Source of the DNA: Thermaceae bacterium
GTDB lineage: Bacteria; Deinococcota; Deinococci; Deinococcales; Marinithermaceae
Direction: 5' to 3'
Assembly (NCBI GenBank): GCA_015519965.1
Contig: WIAM01000013.1
Coordinates: 1-53,683, forward strand
DNA length: 53,683 nt
The notes under the pieces were generated by a model, which worked only from the letters and a program-made list of their open reading frames with translations, did not search any database and was not told where the DNA came from. This document shows, in pieces, positions 42,725 through 51,861 of the stretch; positions within the stretch are counted from its first letter, which is position 1; each line of letters begins with the position of its first letter. Made by a program: the position numbers and the translations under genes.

Positions 42725-43905
42725 ACCACCTCCACGAACATCCGCAGAAAGGCCGCCAGGATGAGCCCGAAGAGGGCCAGCGGCAACAGTCCTTTCCAAG
42801 CCAGGTCCATCAGCTGATCATCCCGGAAACGGGGCAGGGTGGCGCGAATCCACATGAAGATCCACACCCAGACCGCGGTCTTCACCAGGAAGTAAAAGCT
42901 CTGCAGCGCCTGGGCGGCGAAAGAGGCGGGATCCAGCCCGAAAAGAGGCCCGTGCCAGCCGCCGAAGAAGAGCACCACCACCAGCGCGGGCAGGAGGAAG
43001 AGCTCGACGAACTCGGCCAGGAAGAAGAAGGCGAAGCTCATGCCCGAGTACTCGGTGTTGAAACCGCCGATGAGCTCGCTCTCGGCCTCGGGCAGGTCGA
43101 AGGGTGTGGACTTGAGCTCGGCGATGCTCGCCACCAGGTAGACCAGGAAGGGAATGAACATCGGCACCACGTGCCAAAGCCCCTGCTGGTGCTCGACGAT
43201 GTCGCTGAGGCGAAGGCTGCCCGAATAAACGCCCACCGCGAGCAGGGCAAGGGCCAGCGGCACCTCGTAGGAAACGAGCTGCGCCCCCGCGCGGAAGGCC
43301 CCGAGCATGCCCCACTTGCCCCCCTGAGCAAGCCCGCCGAGCACCACCCCGTAGGCGCCCAGGGTGCTGGCAGCCACGATGAAAAGGAGGCCGACGTTCA
43401 AATCGGCCATCACCCAGCCCCCGGCTACCGGCACCGCCACCAGCATCAAGAAGGCACTCACAAAGGTGATCGCCGGCGCCAGGCGGAAGATCAGGGGATC
43501 GACGTTGGCGGGGGCGAAATCCTCTTTCCCCAAAAGCTTCAGGGCGTCAAAGACGGTTTGGAGAACCCCCGCCGGCCCGTAGTGCATCGGGCCCACGCGC
43601 TCCTGCACCTTCCCCAGATACTTCCGCAAGACCACGATCAGGATCAGGGCCACCACGGCGGCGATGCCGAAGGCCAAAAGCGCCTCGATCACCGCGTAGA
43701 AGAAAAACCCGAGTGCCCCATCCAGCCATCCCTGGGAGCGAAAGAGTGCGGGAACGAGGCCATAGGCCACGACCACCAGCGCCCAGAGCGAGCCAAAGAA
43801 GAGGGTGTAGGCCAGGCGTTCGACGCCCGGACGCGGCCGGGTGGGGTCGTAGCCGACCAGCTTGGGTTTGATGTGCCGATCGAGCGGCAAGGGCATCCGG
43901 CTCAT
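42721..43905 (-). CDS. nuoH: Complex I subunit H, with ~60-aa N-terminal extension
   Basis: 394 aa. LRKYLGKVQERVGPMHYGPAGVLQTVFDALKLLGKED and E-rich loop AESELIGGFNTEYSGM. Confidence 0.9.
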   Translation of the reverse strand: MSRMPLPLDRHIKPKLVGYDPTRPRPGVERLAYTLFFGSLWALVVVAYGLVPALFRSQGWLDGALGFFFYAVIEALLAFGIAAVVALILIVVLRKYLGKVQERVGPMHYGPAGVLQTVFDALKLLGKEDFAPANVDPLIFRLAPAITFVSAFLMLVAVPVAGGWVMADLNVGLLFIVAASTLGAYGVVLGGLAQGGKWGMLGAFRAGAQLVSYEVPLALALLAVGVYSGSLRLSDIVEHQQGLWHVVPMFIPFLVYLVASIAELKSTPFDLPEAESELIGGFNTEYSGMSFAFFFLAEFVELFLLPALVVVLFFGGWHGPLFGLDPASFAAQALQSFYFLVKTAVWVWIFMWIRATLPRFRDDQLMDLAWKGLLPLALFGLILAAFLRMFVEVV

Positions 43906-43936
43906 ACTTGACCTCCAAGCGCATCACGGCGCCACC

Positions 43937-45061
43937 TCATCGGTCCACCTCCCCAAACACCGGGTCGAGCGAAGAGAGAATCGCGATGGCGTCGGCAAAC
44001 CGAGCCCCGACCAGAAGGTCCGGGATGAGCTGCAGGTTGGCGAATGAGGGCGAACGGTGCTTGATGCGGTAGGGCCGGTCGGTCCCGTCGCCCACCACGT
44101 GCGCGCCCAGGTGGCCCCGGCTGATCTCGACCGCGCGGTAGCGCGAGCCTTTGACTTTCATTCGGGCCGGCACCTTCCCTTTGTAGGGGCCGACCTTGGG
44201 GGTTTTCTCGATGGCCTGGCGAATGATCTTGATCGACTCTTCCATCTCCTTGAAGCGAACCCAAAAACGCGCGTAGACGTCGCCCTCTTCCCTAACCGGG
44301 ACCTCGAACTCGATCTCGGGGTAGGCGTCGTAGGGCTCCGCCTTGCGCACGTCGTAGGCCACGCCGCTGGCCCGGAGCACCGGGCCCGAGGCCCCTCGGG
44401 CGATCGCCCGCTCCTTGGGCAAAACGCCAACCCCCACCGCCCGGGCCTGGAACACCGGCGAGTCCAGGACCAGGGCGTAGTAGTCGGGCAGGCGCTTTTC
44501 GAAGAAGTCGAGGAAGTCGGCGACGTCCTTGAAGAAATCGGGGTGAACGTCCCGGCGCACGCCGCCGAAGGTGAAGTAGTTGGGCAGCATCCGGGCCCCG
44601 GCAGTCTTCTCGACGATCTCCAGGATCCGCTCGCGATCGCGGAAGGTGTAGAGGAAGGGGGTGATGGCCCCGAAGTCGAGCATGCCGGTGCCAAGCCAGA
44701 CCAGGTGGCTGGCCAGGCGGTAGAGCTCGAAGAAGATCACCCGCAGGTACTTGGCCCGATCGGGCACCTCGACCCCGAGGAGATCCTCGACCGCCAGGAT
44801 GAAGGGCAGCTCATTTTGCAGCCCGGAAACGTAGTCCATGCGGTCGGTGTAAGTGATGATCTGCGGGTAGGTCCGGGCCTCCTCGATCTTCTCGTGGTTG
44901 CGGTGGAGGAAGCCGATGTGGGGCACGGCCCGGGTCACGCGCTCGCCCTCGAGGCCGATGACCACCTTCAGCACCCCGTGGGTCGCGGGGTGCTGCGGCC
45001 CCATGTTGATGAGCATCTCATCGGCCCGATCGGTGGGCAGGATCTGGGTTGGCCCTCTCAT
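43937..45061 (-). CDS. nuoD: Complex I subunit D
   Basis: 374 aa. LINMGPQHPATHGVLKV, TYTDRMDYVSG, and C-terminal SLDPVFGEVDR. Confidence 0.9.
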   Translation of the reverse strand: MRGPTQILPTDRADEMLINMGPQHPATHGVLKVVIGLEGERVTRAVPHIGFLHRNHEKIEEARTYPQIITYTDRMDYVSGLQNELPFILAVEDLLGVEVPDRAKYLRVIFFELYRLASHLVWLGTGMLDFGAITPFLYTFRDRERILEIVEKTAGARMLPNYFTFGGVRRDVHPDFFKDVADFLDFFEKRLPDYYALVLDSPVFQARAVGVGVLPKERAIARGASGPVLRASGVAYDVRKAEPYDAYPEIEFEVPVREEGDVYARFWVRFKEMEESIKIIRQAIEKTPKVGPYKGKVPARMKVKGSRYRAVEISRGHLGAHVVGDGTDRPYRIKHRSPSFANLQLIPDLLVGARFADAIAILSSLDPVFGEVDR

Positions 45062-45540
45062 GCCTCACCCCCTTCGTCACCTTCTGGCGCCTCCTCCCAG
45101 TCGGCCACCTCCGGCCAGGGTTTGGGCTGCCAGCCAGGGAGTTCGTACCCCCCGGTGTCGTAGCGCTTTTGCAAGGGGTGGATGGTCCAGTGATCCTCGG
45201 TCAAGATCCGGCGCAGGTCGGGGTGCCCGCGAAAGCGGACCCCTACCAGGTCGTAGGCCTCCCGCTCGAACCACTCAAACCCCGGCCAAAGATCGGTGAT
45301 CGAAGGCAGCTCGGGCGCGTCATAGGGCACGTCGGTGTAGACCGTGACCTTGGCGCCGTCAGCAAGCCGGGTGAGGTGGACGACCACCCGCAACCCGTAC
45401 TCGAGGTCCATCCCGGTGAGGTTCCGGGGATAGTCAAACCCCTCGCCCTTGAGCTGTTCCAAGAGTGGCCGGTAGTCCTCGGGATGCACGGCGTAGACCA
45501 CCTCGTCAAACTCCTCGCGCGTTTTGAACCTGAGGCTCAT
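45058..45540 (-). CDS. nuoC: Complex I subunit C
   Basis: 160 aa. [29 protein letters not shown] motif. Confidence 0.85.
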   Translation of the reverse strand: MSLRFKTREEFDEVVYAVHPEDYRPLLEQLKGEGFDYPRNLTGMDLEYGLRVVVHLTRLADGAKVTVYTDVPYDAPELPSITDLWPGFEWFEREAYDLVGVRFRGHPDLRRILTEDHWTIHPLQKRYDTGGYELPGWQPKPWPEVADWEEAPEGDEGGEA

Positions 45541-46112
45541 AGGACCGGCACCCTCCCGTCTTTGCCCGGCTCGGCGAAAACGTCGTAGTCGGTGAGCGCG
45601 ACCCGGGGCTGCTGGTAGCGGAGCTTACGGTCGGCGATCTTATCGCGGAGGAGCAAAAGGCCCTGCAAGAGCGCCTCGGGGCGGGGCGGGCAGCCGGGAA
45701 CGTACACGTCCACGGGGACGATCTTGTCAACCCCCTCCACCACCGAGTAGCCCTGCCGGAAGGGCCCGCCCTGGTTGGCGCAGGCCCCCATGCTCACCAC
45801 CCACTTGGGCTCGGCCAGCTGTTCATAGAGGCGCTTGACCCGGCTCGCGATCTTCTTGTTCACCGTGCCCGAGATGATCATCAGATCGGCCTGGCGCGGG
45901 CTGTTGCGGAAGAACATCCCCAAACGATCGGCGTCGACCTTGGGCGTCCAGGCCGCCATCATCTCGATGGCGCAGCAGGCGATGCCAAAGGTGAGCGGCC
46001 AAAGGCTCCGGCTCCGCGCAAGGTTGATCACGTCATCGAGCGTCCCCACGATGATGTTTTGGGGACGGGCTTCGCTGCCTAATAGACCCACTTCAGCACC
46101 CCCCTCATCCAC
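45537..46112 (-). CDS. nuoB: Complex I subunit B (N2 cluster)
   Basis: [26 protein letters not shown] and [13 protein letters not shown]. The start is uncertain (GTG 46112 or GTG 46091); both overlap the nuoA end. Confidence 0.9.
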   Translation of the reverse strand: MDEGGAEVGLLGSEARPQNIIVGTLDDVINLARSRSLWPLTFGIACCAIEMMAAWTPKVDADRLGMFFRNSPRQADLMIISGTVNKKIASRVKRLYEQLAEPKWVVSMGACANQGGPFRQGYSVVEGVDKIVPVDVYVPGCPPRPEALLQGLLLLRDKIADRKLRYQQPRVALTDYDVFAEPGKDGRVPVL

Positions 46113-46456
46113 GCGTAGGCGAGCCCGCCGACCAGCATCAAGACGAAAAACGTCACCTCGATCAGGCCCAACCAGCCCAGCTTGTCAAACGCCGGGGCCC
46201 AGGGAAAGAGCAACGCTGCCTCGACGTCGAAGATCAAAAAGAGCAGCGCGTAGAGGTAGTAATGCACGCTCACCCTGACCTCGGTCGAACCGATCGTCAC
46301 TTCGCCGGACTCGTAGGTCTCGAGCTTGGCGCCGGTCTTCGGCCGCACGCCCACCAAGAGCCTCGACAAAAAGAGCGTGGCGTAGACGATGAACATTCCC
46401 AGGACCGCGAAAGCCGCCACCATCAAAGCTGCACGCAGCTCGGCTCCGAAATCCAC
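46079..46456 (-). CDS. nuoA: Complex I subunit A
   Basis: 125 aa with 3 TM. YESGE...[11 protein letters not shown] motif. GTG start with an upstream GGGGG. Confidence 0.85.
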   Translation of the reverse strand: MDFGAELRAALMVAAFAVLGMFIVYATLFLSRLLVGVRPKTGAKLETYESGEVTIGSTEVRVSVHYYLYALLFLIFDVEAALLFPWAPAFDKLGWLGLIEVTFFVLMLVGGLAYAWMRGVLKWVY

Positions 46457-46622
46457 CTACCCGACCCCCTTTCGTTTCTCGCACTCAACTTCCCAGGGGC
46501 AAGTGCGCGTGCCAAAGGGAAACCCCGCCCCTGGCCCCACATCACCCCCGTATCTTAGCCGAACATGAGGATACGCTCTCTCACAGTCCCACATTTCCCA
46601 GACGTACAATAAACCCATAAGC

Positions 46623-47744
46623 ATGCGCCGCGTCCTCGCCGCCAGCGTTCTCCTCGCCGTCACCATCGCCCTCGCCTCGCCTCGCGTAGGGTTGCACGAG
46701 GGATTCACGCGCCTGGTCTTCGACCTGCCACTGGGGACCACCTACCGGATCTCCGGCCAGGGCCGCACGTTTGAGATCAGAATCGACCGTATCCGCCTCG
46801 AGGCGAACACGGTCGAGGTCGAAAGCCCCGAGGTCGCCTCCTACCGGGTTATCCCCACCATCGCCGGCACCGTGGTGCAGGTCTACGTCGCCGAGGGCGT
46901 CAAGGAGAAGGACTTCGTCCTCAAGGGCCTCGATGCCAAGAGCTTTCGGCTGGTGGTCGACTTCATCGGTAAGGCCCCGGCCAAGCCCCGCGCCGAGCCC
47001 AAGGGGCCGGATCCCCCAAAACCGGTGGTGGTCATCGACCCGGGCCACGGCGGCCCCGACCCCGGGGCGGTCGGCTACGTGGTGGAAAAAGCGGTCACCC
47101 TGGACATCGCCCTCCGGGTGAAAAGGCTCCTCGAGGCCAGCGGGATCCAGGTCGTGCTGACCCGAGACCGCGACACCGATCTGGCCCCCCCGGGCCTCAA
47201 GGACCTCTGGCAGCGAAAGATCACCGACCTCAAAAAACGCGCCGCGATGGCCGACACCAAAAAGACGCTCTTCATCTCCATCCACGTCAACTCCGCGCCG
47301 AAGCCCGCCATGGGCATCGAGACCTACTTCCTCGGTCGCGCCATCGACGCCGAAGCCCAGGCGCTGGCGGTCTGGGAAAACGGTGGCGGCGAGGTCGGGC
47401 GCAAGCTCACCCGGGAAACCGAAACCGCCGCCGACAAAGCGCTCAAGGACCTGTTGGCCCAGGCCAACCTGGGCTTTTCGCAAAAGCTCGCGGAAAAGCT
47501 GCAAAAAAGCCTCACCTCTGAGACCGGATCGCCGGACCGGGGCGTGCAGTCGGCTCCCCTCTTCGTGCTCCGCACCGCCCGCATTCCCGCGGTGCTCGTT
47601 GAGGTGGGGTTTGCCAACCACCCCACGGAAGGGCGGCGCCTGGCCGCATCCAGCTACCGACAAAAGGTCGCCGAGGGCATCGCCCGGGGCATCCTGGCCT
47701 TTCTCTCTTCCGGCGCCTACGCCTACACCAAACCCGCGCCCTAA
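46623..47744 (+). CDS. N-acetylmuramoyl-L-alanine amidase (AMIN-like N-domain + Amidase_3)
   Basis: Signal peptide, AMIN-like FTRLVFDLP...RIDRIRLE, then VVVIDPGHGGPDPGAVG, ISIHVNS, and VLVEVGFANH. Confidence 0.9.
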   Translation: MRRVLAASVLLAVTIALASPRVGLHEGFTRLVFDLPLGTTYRISGQGRTFEIRIDRIRLEANTVEVESPEVASYRVIPTIAGTVVQVYVAEGVKEKDFVLKGLDAKSFRLVVDFIGKAPAKPRAEPKGPDPPKPVVVIDPGHGGPDPGAVGYVVEKAVTLDIALRVKRLLEASGIQVVLTRDRDTDLAPPGLKDLWQRKITDLKKRAAMADTKKTLFISIHVNSAPKPAMGIETYFLGRAIDAEAQALAVWENGGGEVGRKLTRETETAADKALKDLLAQANLGFSQKLAEKLQKSLTSETGSPDRGVQSAPLFVLRTARIPAVLVEVGFANHPTEGRRLAASSYRQKVAEGIARGILAFLSSGAYAYTKPAP

Positions 47745-47769
47745 GCTGCTTTCCAGGTAGAATCTCGCC

Positions 47770-48660
47770 ATGCCGAAAGGCCGCGTCTACGCCATTCTCG
47801 CGATCGGCGTGCTGGCGGTGAGCGCCGCCGCCATCTTCATCCGCCTGGCCTACGGCGCCCTGGGCGAGGCGGGTCTCGGGGCCTCGATGCTGATCGCCGC
47901 CGGTCGGCTGCTCCTGGCCTCGGCAATGCTGCTGCCCTTCGCCGCCCGGAGCCTCAAAAAGCCACAGCGCCGGGCCGTCTACCTCCTGGCCGCAGGGGCG
48001 GGGGTATTCCTGGCCCTCCACTTTGGCTTTTGGATCGCGAGCCTCGCCTACACCTCGATCGCCGCCAGCGTGACCATCGTCACCACCAACCCCATCTGGG
48101 TCGCCGGTATCGAGTGGCTCTTCTTCGGTCGCCGACCACACCGGAAAACCCTATTCGGGATCGCGCTGGCAGTGGCCGGGGGCATCCTGATCGGCCTGAC
48201 CGACGCCGGGAGCGGTGCGGGCGGAAACCGGCCGCTCCTCGGCGACCTCCTCGCCCTGTTTGGCGCATGGGCGGTGAGCCTCTACCTCATCCTCGGGCGC
48301 GAGGCGCAAAGAGCGCTCGGGACCACCGGCTACGTGGCGGTCGCCTATCCCTCGGCGGCCCTCGTCCTCCTGCCCCTTCCCTGGCTCTTCGGCACCGGTT
48401 ACCTGGGCCATGCCCAGGACTTTTACCTCTGGATCTTCCTCATGGCGCTGGTCCCCCAGCTCATCGGCCACACCAGCCTCAACTACGCGGTGCGCTTCCT
48501 CGGCCCCACGCTGGTCACGCTCTTTGTGCTCTTTGAACCGGTGGTCTCGAGCCTGCTCGGCTTCGTCATCTTCAACGAGGTGCCACCACCGGGCGTCTTC
48601 GCCGGCGCAGCGGCGATGCTGGCCGGGGTCGGGCTGGCCCTCGGCGGCCACCGGTCCTGA
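47770..48660 (+). CDS. EamA/DMT-family transporter
   Basis: 296 aa with 10 predicted TM arranged as two EamA-like halves. Confidence 0.85.
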   Translation: MPKGRVYAILAIGVLAVSAAAIFIRLAYGALGEAGLGASMLIAAGRLLLASAMLLPFAARSLKKPQRRAVYLLAAGAGVFLALHFGFWIASLAYTSIAASVTIVTTNPIWVAGIEWLFFGRRPHRKTLFGIALAVAGGILIGLTDAGSGAGGNRPLLGDLLALFGAWAVSLYLILGREAQRALGTTGYVAVAYPSAALVLLPLPWLFGTGYLGHAQDFYLWIFLMALVPQLIGHTSLNYAVRFLGPTLVTLFVLFEPVVSSLLGFVIFNEVPPPGVFAGAAAMLAGVGLALGGHRS

Positions 48661-48677
48661 CCTGCGATAATGGCCCC

Positions 48678-50372
48678 GTGCGCGACCTGGACGAACTCCG
48701 ACGCACGCTTTTGGCCCTCGAGGGCCGAGGCTACAAGGCCTACAAACGCCTGCTTGGCCCCTGGCAGCTGGGACGGGTCACCCTGTTTTTCGACCACGTG
48801 CAGGGGGACCCCTTCGCCACCCCCTCCAAGGTTCGCCTCAGGATCCCCCGCGCCGTCCACTCGATTCCGGAAGCGCTGTGGTCGAACGAAGCCCGGAAGA
48901 CGGGCCTTTTGGACTACCTGCTCCGGGTCTTTCACCGGGCGGCGCGCGACATCCCCCCGACCGGGGGCACCGGCCACTCGGGCAGGGTGCTCGTTGACGC
49001 GCCGGGCGCCGAGATCCTCCGCCGTTCCGGGGCCGAGATCACGGGGGAATTCCTGGAACTTCGCTTCCGCATCGGTCTGCCAGCACGCGGGCGCAGCGTC
49101 ATGGGCCGGGCCGCGGCCAGGCTCCTGACCGAGGCGCTCCCCAAAGCCGCCCGGGCGGTCTACTGGTCCAGCGTGGATCAAGACCTGGCCTGGCGCTTCG
49201 CCAAGCTCGCCGAAGACCACGCCCACCTGCAAGAACTTCTCTCGCAAAAGCGCCTGGTGGCTTTCGTCCGAGACGGCAGCATCCTCCCCCGGAAAAGCGG
49301 CGTCTCCCAGTCGCCCCTCGAGGACGCCGTTCCCTTCGCTTCCCCACCCGAGCTCCGAGTCAGCCTGCCCACCCTTCACCACGGCGAGGTGGTGGGGATG
49401 GGCATCCCCGAAGGGGTCACTATCATCACCGGCGGCGGATTCCACGGCAAGACCACGCTGCTCGAGGCCCTCGAGCGCGGCGTCTACCCCCACGCTCCCG
49501 GCGACGGGCGGGAGTGGGTGGTGACCCGGGCCGAGGCCCTCAAGGTGCGCAGCGAAGACGGCCGCGCGATCAGCGGCGTTGACCTCTCCCCCTTCATCCG
49601 CGACCTCCCGGGGGGAAAGCGAACCGACTTTTTCCAAACCCAGGACGCCTCGGGCTCGACCTCGCTGGCGGCGGCGATCCTCGAGGGCCTCGAGGCCGGC
49701 GCCCGGGTGCTCCTCATCGACGAGGACACCTCGGCCACCAACCTCCTCACGCGCGATGCCCGCATGCAGCGCCTGGTCAAGCGGGAAACGATCACCCCGC
49801 TGCTCGATCGGGTCCGCGAGCTCTTTGAACGTCTCGGCGTTTCCACGGTGATGGTGGTCGGCGGCAACGGCGACTACCTCGACGTGGCCGACCGGGTCAT
49901 CCTGATGGAGGCCTACCGCCCCCACGACGTCACCGAGCGCGCCCGAAAGATCGCCAGCGAACTCCCCTCGCGCCGGTCGCCGTCGGCCCCGGAGCACCCC
50001 ATCCGCGTGACCCCCCGCTGCCCGCTGCCCGAGTCCTTCGACCCCGAGCGGGGCGGGCGGGAGAAAATTAAAACCCGGGGCCTAAGGGAAATCCTCTTCG
50101 GCCGGCAGACCATCGACCTCACCGGCCTTGAGCAACTCGTTGACGACAGCCAGGCCCGGGCCATCGGGGCGATGCTCAAAAAGATGCAGCGCCTGGCCGA
50201 CGGCCAAACGCCGCTCAAGGCCCTCGCCGAACGGCTGGTGGAAGAGGCCAGGGCCCAGGGGCTCTACGCGCTCGAAGCCTCCCCCGAACTCGCCCTTCCC
50301 CGGGCCCTCGAGGTCGCCAGCGCGGTCAACCGCCTGCGCAGCCTTAAGGTCAACTCTTGCCGGGCGAGTTAA
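48678..50372 (+). CDS. ABC_ATPase-family protein (predicted ATPase of the ABC class, function unknown)
   Basis: 564 aa with GTG start. P-loop-like GGGFHGKTTLLEALERGVY and Walker-B-like ARVLLIDEDTSATNLL. The layout matches the COG3044/PF09818-type proteins as I remember them. Confidence 0.7.
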   Translation: MRDLDELRRTLLALEGRGYKAYKRLLGPWQLGRVTLFFDHVQGDPFATPSKVRLRIPRAVHSIPEALWSNEARKTGLLDYLLRVFHRAARDIPPTGGTGHSGRVLVDAPGAEILRRSGAEITGEFLELRFRIGLPARGRSVMGRAAARLLTEALPKAARAVYWSSVDQDLAWRFAKLAEDHAHLQELLSQKRLVAFVRDGSILPRKSGVSQSPLEDAVPFASPPELRVSLPTLHHGEVVGMGIPEGVTIITGGGFHGKTTLLEALERGVYPHAPGDGREWVVTRAEALKVRSEDGRAISGVDLSPFIRDLPGGKRTDFFQTQDASGSTSLAAAILEGLEAGARVLLIDEDTSATNLLTRDARMQRLVKRETITPLLDRVRELFERLGVSTVMVVGGNGDYLDVADRVILMEAYRPHDVTERARKIASELPSRRSPSAPEHPIRVTPRCPLPESFDPERGGREKIKTRGLREILFGRQTIDLTGLEQLVDDSQARAIGAMLKKMQRLADGQTPLKALAERLVEEARAQGLYALEASPELALPRALEVASAVNRLRSLKVNSCRAS

Positions 50373-50764
50373 GGCCGCCGGACCTCAACCCCGTCTTCGG
50401 GAAAGCGCCGGTCCAGGGTATACACCGGCGCGCCTTCTTCTTTGGCCGCGGCCCAGATCAAGGCGTCGGCAAAAGAAACCCTCTTCGACGGTCGACAGAG
50501 CAAGAGCGCCGAGATAAGCGTTTCCTTTTTATGGCCCGTCACCGCCACGTTCTCCTTTTGCAAAAAGGCCACCAGAGCATCCACCACCTGGGCCCGCTCC
50601 ACCCCGTAGACTGTGGTGAGCACGTAAGCTGCCTCCACCAGCACCACGTCGGTCAAGGCAACCGGCCCCCCATCCAAAATCCGCGCCGCGCGCTCGGCGA
50701 GCTCAGGCGGATCGCCGGTCAGGTAACGCACGACCACGCTGGTGTCAACCAATGGCCGCATCAC
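50369..50764 (-). CDS. vapC: PIN-domain toxin VapC
   Basis: 131 aa. Acidic residues in LVDTSVVV, LVEAAYVL, FADALIWAAA and YTLDRRF. 4-nt overlap with the upstream antitoxin. Confidence 0.8.
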   Translation of the reverse strand: MMRPLVDTSVVVRYLTGDPPELAERAARILDGGPVALTDVVLVEAAYVLTTVYGVERAQVVDALVAFLQKENVAVTGHKKETLISALLLCRPSKRVSFADALIWAAAKEEGAPVYTLDRRFPEDGVEVRRP

Positions 50765-51018
50765 CGGGTTTCATCCCCCGACGCGGCCCGCCAAGCGCGT
50801 TCACGAGCCGCCGGCCAGTCCTCCACGGAAACGCGAGTTTGGATCCTGTCTGCGAGCAGCCCTTTGAGCGAGCGGCGGTGGGGCGGTGGCAAAAAGTAGA
50901 TCTCCACGTGGTCGCCGACCAAGCGCTGAACCGCAACCCAGCCCGGTTTCACGCCGAGCTTTTCGCGGATCTCCTTGGCGATCACCACCTGCCCTTTAGA
51001 ACTTACCGTGTAGGGCAT
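50761..51018 (-). CDS. vapB: AbrB/SpoVT-type antitoxin VapB
   Basis: ATG 51018 is preceded by GGGAG with a 7-nt spacer (the track started at TTG 51024). YTVSSKGQVVIAKEIREKLGVKPG swapped-hairpin motif. Confidence 0.75.
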   Translation of the reverse strand: MPYTVSSKGQVVIAKEIREKLGVKPGWVAVQRLVGDHVEIYFLPPPHRRSLKGLLADRIQTRVSVEDWPAARERAWRAASGDETR

Positions 51019-51038
51019 AGTCAAACTCCCTCTTGCCT

Positions 51039-51108
51039 AGTTTAACCATTGCCCGCTTAGGAGTACACTGGCGCGTCAGATACGTTTTGCAAGGCGTAAA
51101 GTTTAACC
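51039..51108. promoter_or_regulatory. Direct 9-bp repeat in the vapBC upstream region
   Basis: AGTTTAACC at 51039-51047 and 51100-51108 in a locally AT-richer 99-bp spacer. Confidence 0.3.
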
Positions 51109-51123
51109 CTGGCTTTAAAAGGA

Positions 51124-51861
51124 CTATTCCTCAACCATCCGCCACGGGAGCCTTCTGGGCACGAGCCCCAAAGAGAAGAGAGCGTAGGCCGCCAGGACCA
51201 GGGTCGATCTGAAAAGCGCGGTCTGGTCCTGGCTCAGCGCCGCCTGCAGGGCGGAAGCGGCGTGGGTGGTCGGCCACAGGTTTGAGAGCCAGCGCAACCA
51301 GGTGGGGAGCAGGCTCGCCGGATAGTAAACGGGTGAGAAAAAAACGACCACGACCTGCAGGATCTGCGTCGCGAGCAACGCCACCACGGCCGAGGGGCTC
51401 CAAAAGCCAATGACCGCGCCAAAGCCCGCCATGGCCAAACCCGCGAGCAGCAAGACCGGGGCTGCAACCAGGGGCAGCCGGATGTCCAGGAAGAACCAGG
51501 CCAAAGTCCAGATCACGGCCGCCGACGGCAAAGCGAGCAAAGTGCCCCGGGCGGCCAGGGCGAGGATGTAGACGAGCTTCGAAACCGGGAGAGAGGCATA
51601 GTACTCAAAAACGCCCGCCTCCTTCATGTGGGCCACGTTCTGTCCCAGCGTCAGCATCCCGGACAGGGCCATCCCAAACACCAGGCTTCCGACAACGAGG
51701 TAACGCATGTCAATCGAGCCAGTGCGACCTACGAGGATGGCCAGAAACAGGAGATACGCAAAGGCCACGAACGAGGTGTGGACCAGCTGCCAGTACCAGG
51801 TGTCCCGAAGGATGTAGAGCTCCCCCTTCAAAAGCCACCAGAAATCGCGTGCCGCCTTCAC
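51124..51861 (-). CDS. ABC-2-type exporter permease
   Basis: 245 aa with 6 TM. 4-nt overlap with the upstream ATPase gene. Confidence 0.8.
   Translation of the reverse strand: MKAARDFWWLLKGELYILRDTWYWQLVHTSFVAFAYLLFLAILVGRTGSIDMRYLVVGSLVFGMALSGMLTLGQNVAHMKEAGVFEYYASLPVSKLVYILALAARGTLLALPSAAVIWTLAWFFLDIRLPLVAAPVLLLAGLAMAGFGAVIGFWSPSAVVALLATQILQVVVVFFSPVYYPASLLPTWLRWLSNLWPTTHAASALQAALSQDQTALFRSTLVLAAYALFSLGLVPRRLPWRMVEE

Noticed and set aside
43906-43936. Possibility that nuoE/F/G were missed between nuoD and nuoH
   Set aside because: The gap is only 31 nt. No other ORF in the window shows NuoE (2Fe-2S thioredoxin-like), NuoF (FMN/NADH) or NuoG (multi-cluster) motifs.
46493-46534. Structured element in the nuoA/amidase divergent spacer (CCAGGGGC ... 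GCCCCTGG arms)
   Set aside because: An 8-bp stem enclosing a 26-nt loop is weak, no known riboswitch or leader motif was recognised, and I could not define a convincing nuo promoter around it.
48483-49997. 504-aa minus-strand ORF antisense to the ABC_ATPase-family gene (likewise 46581..47771 antisense to the amidase, 20609..21550 and 21708..22592 antisense to the GT and phosphorylase, 33255..34463 and 35775..36482 antisense to the lpt-like genes)
   Set aside because: All are low-complexity, Gly/Arg/Glu/Pro-rich shadows opposite genes with clear family motifs.
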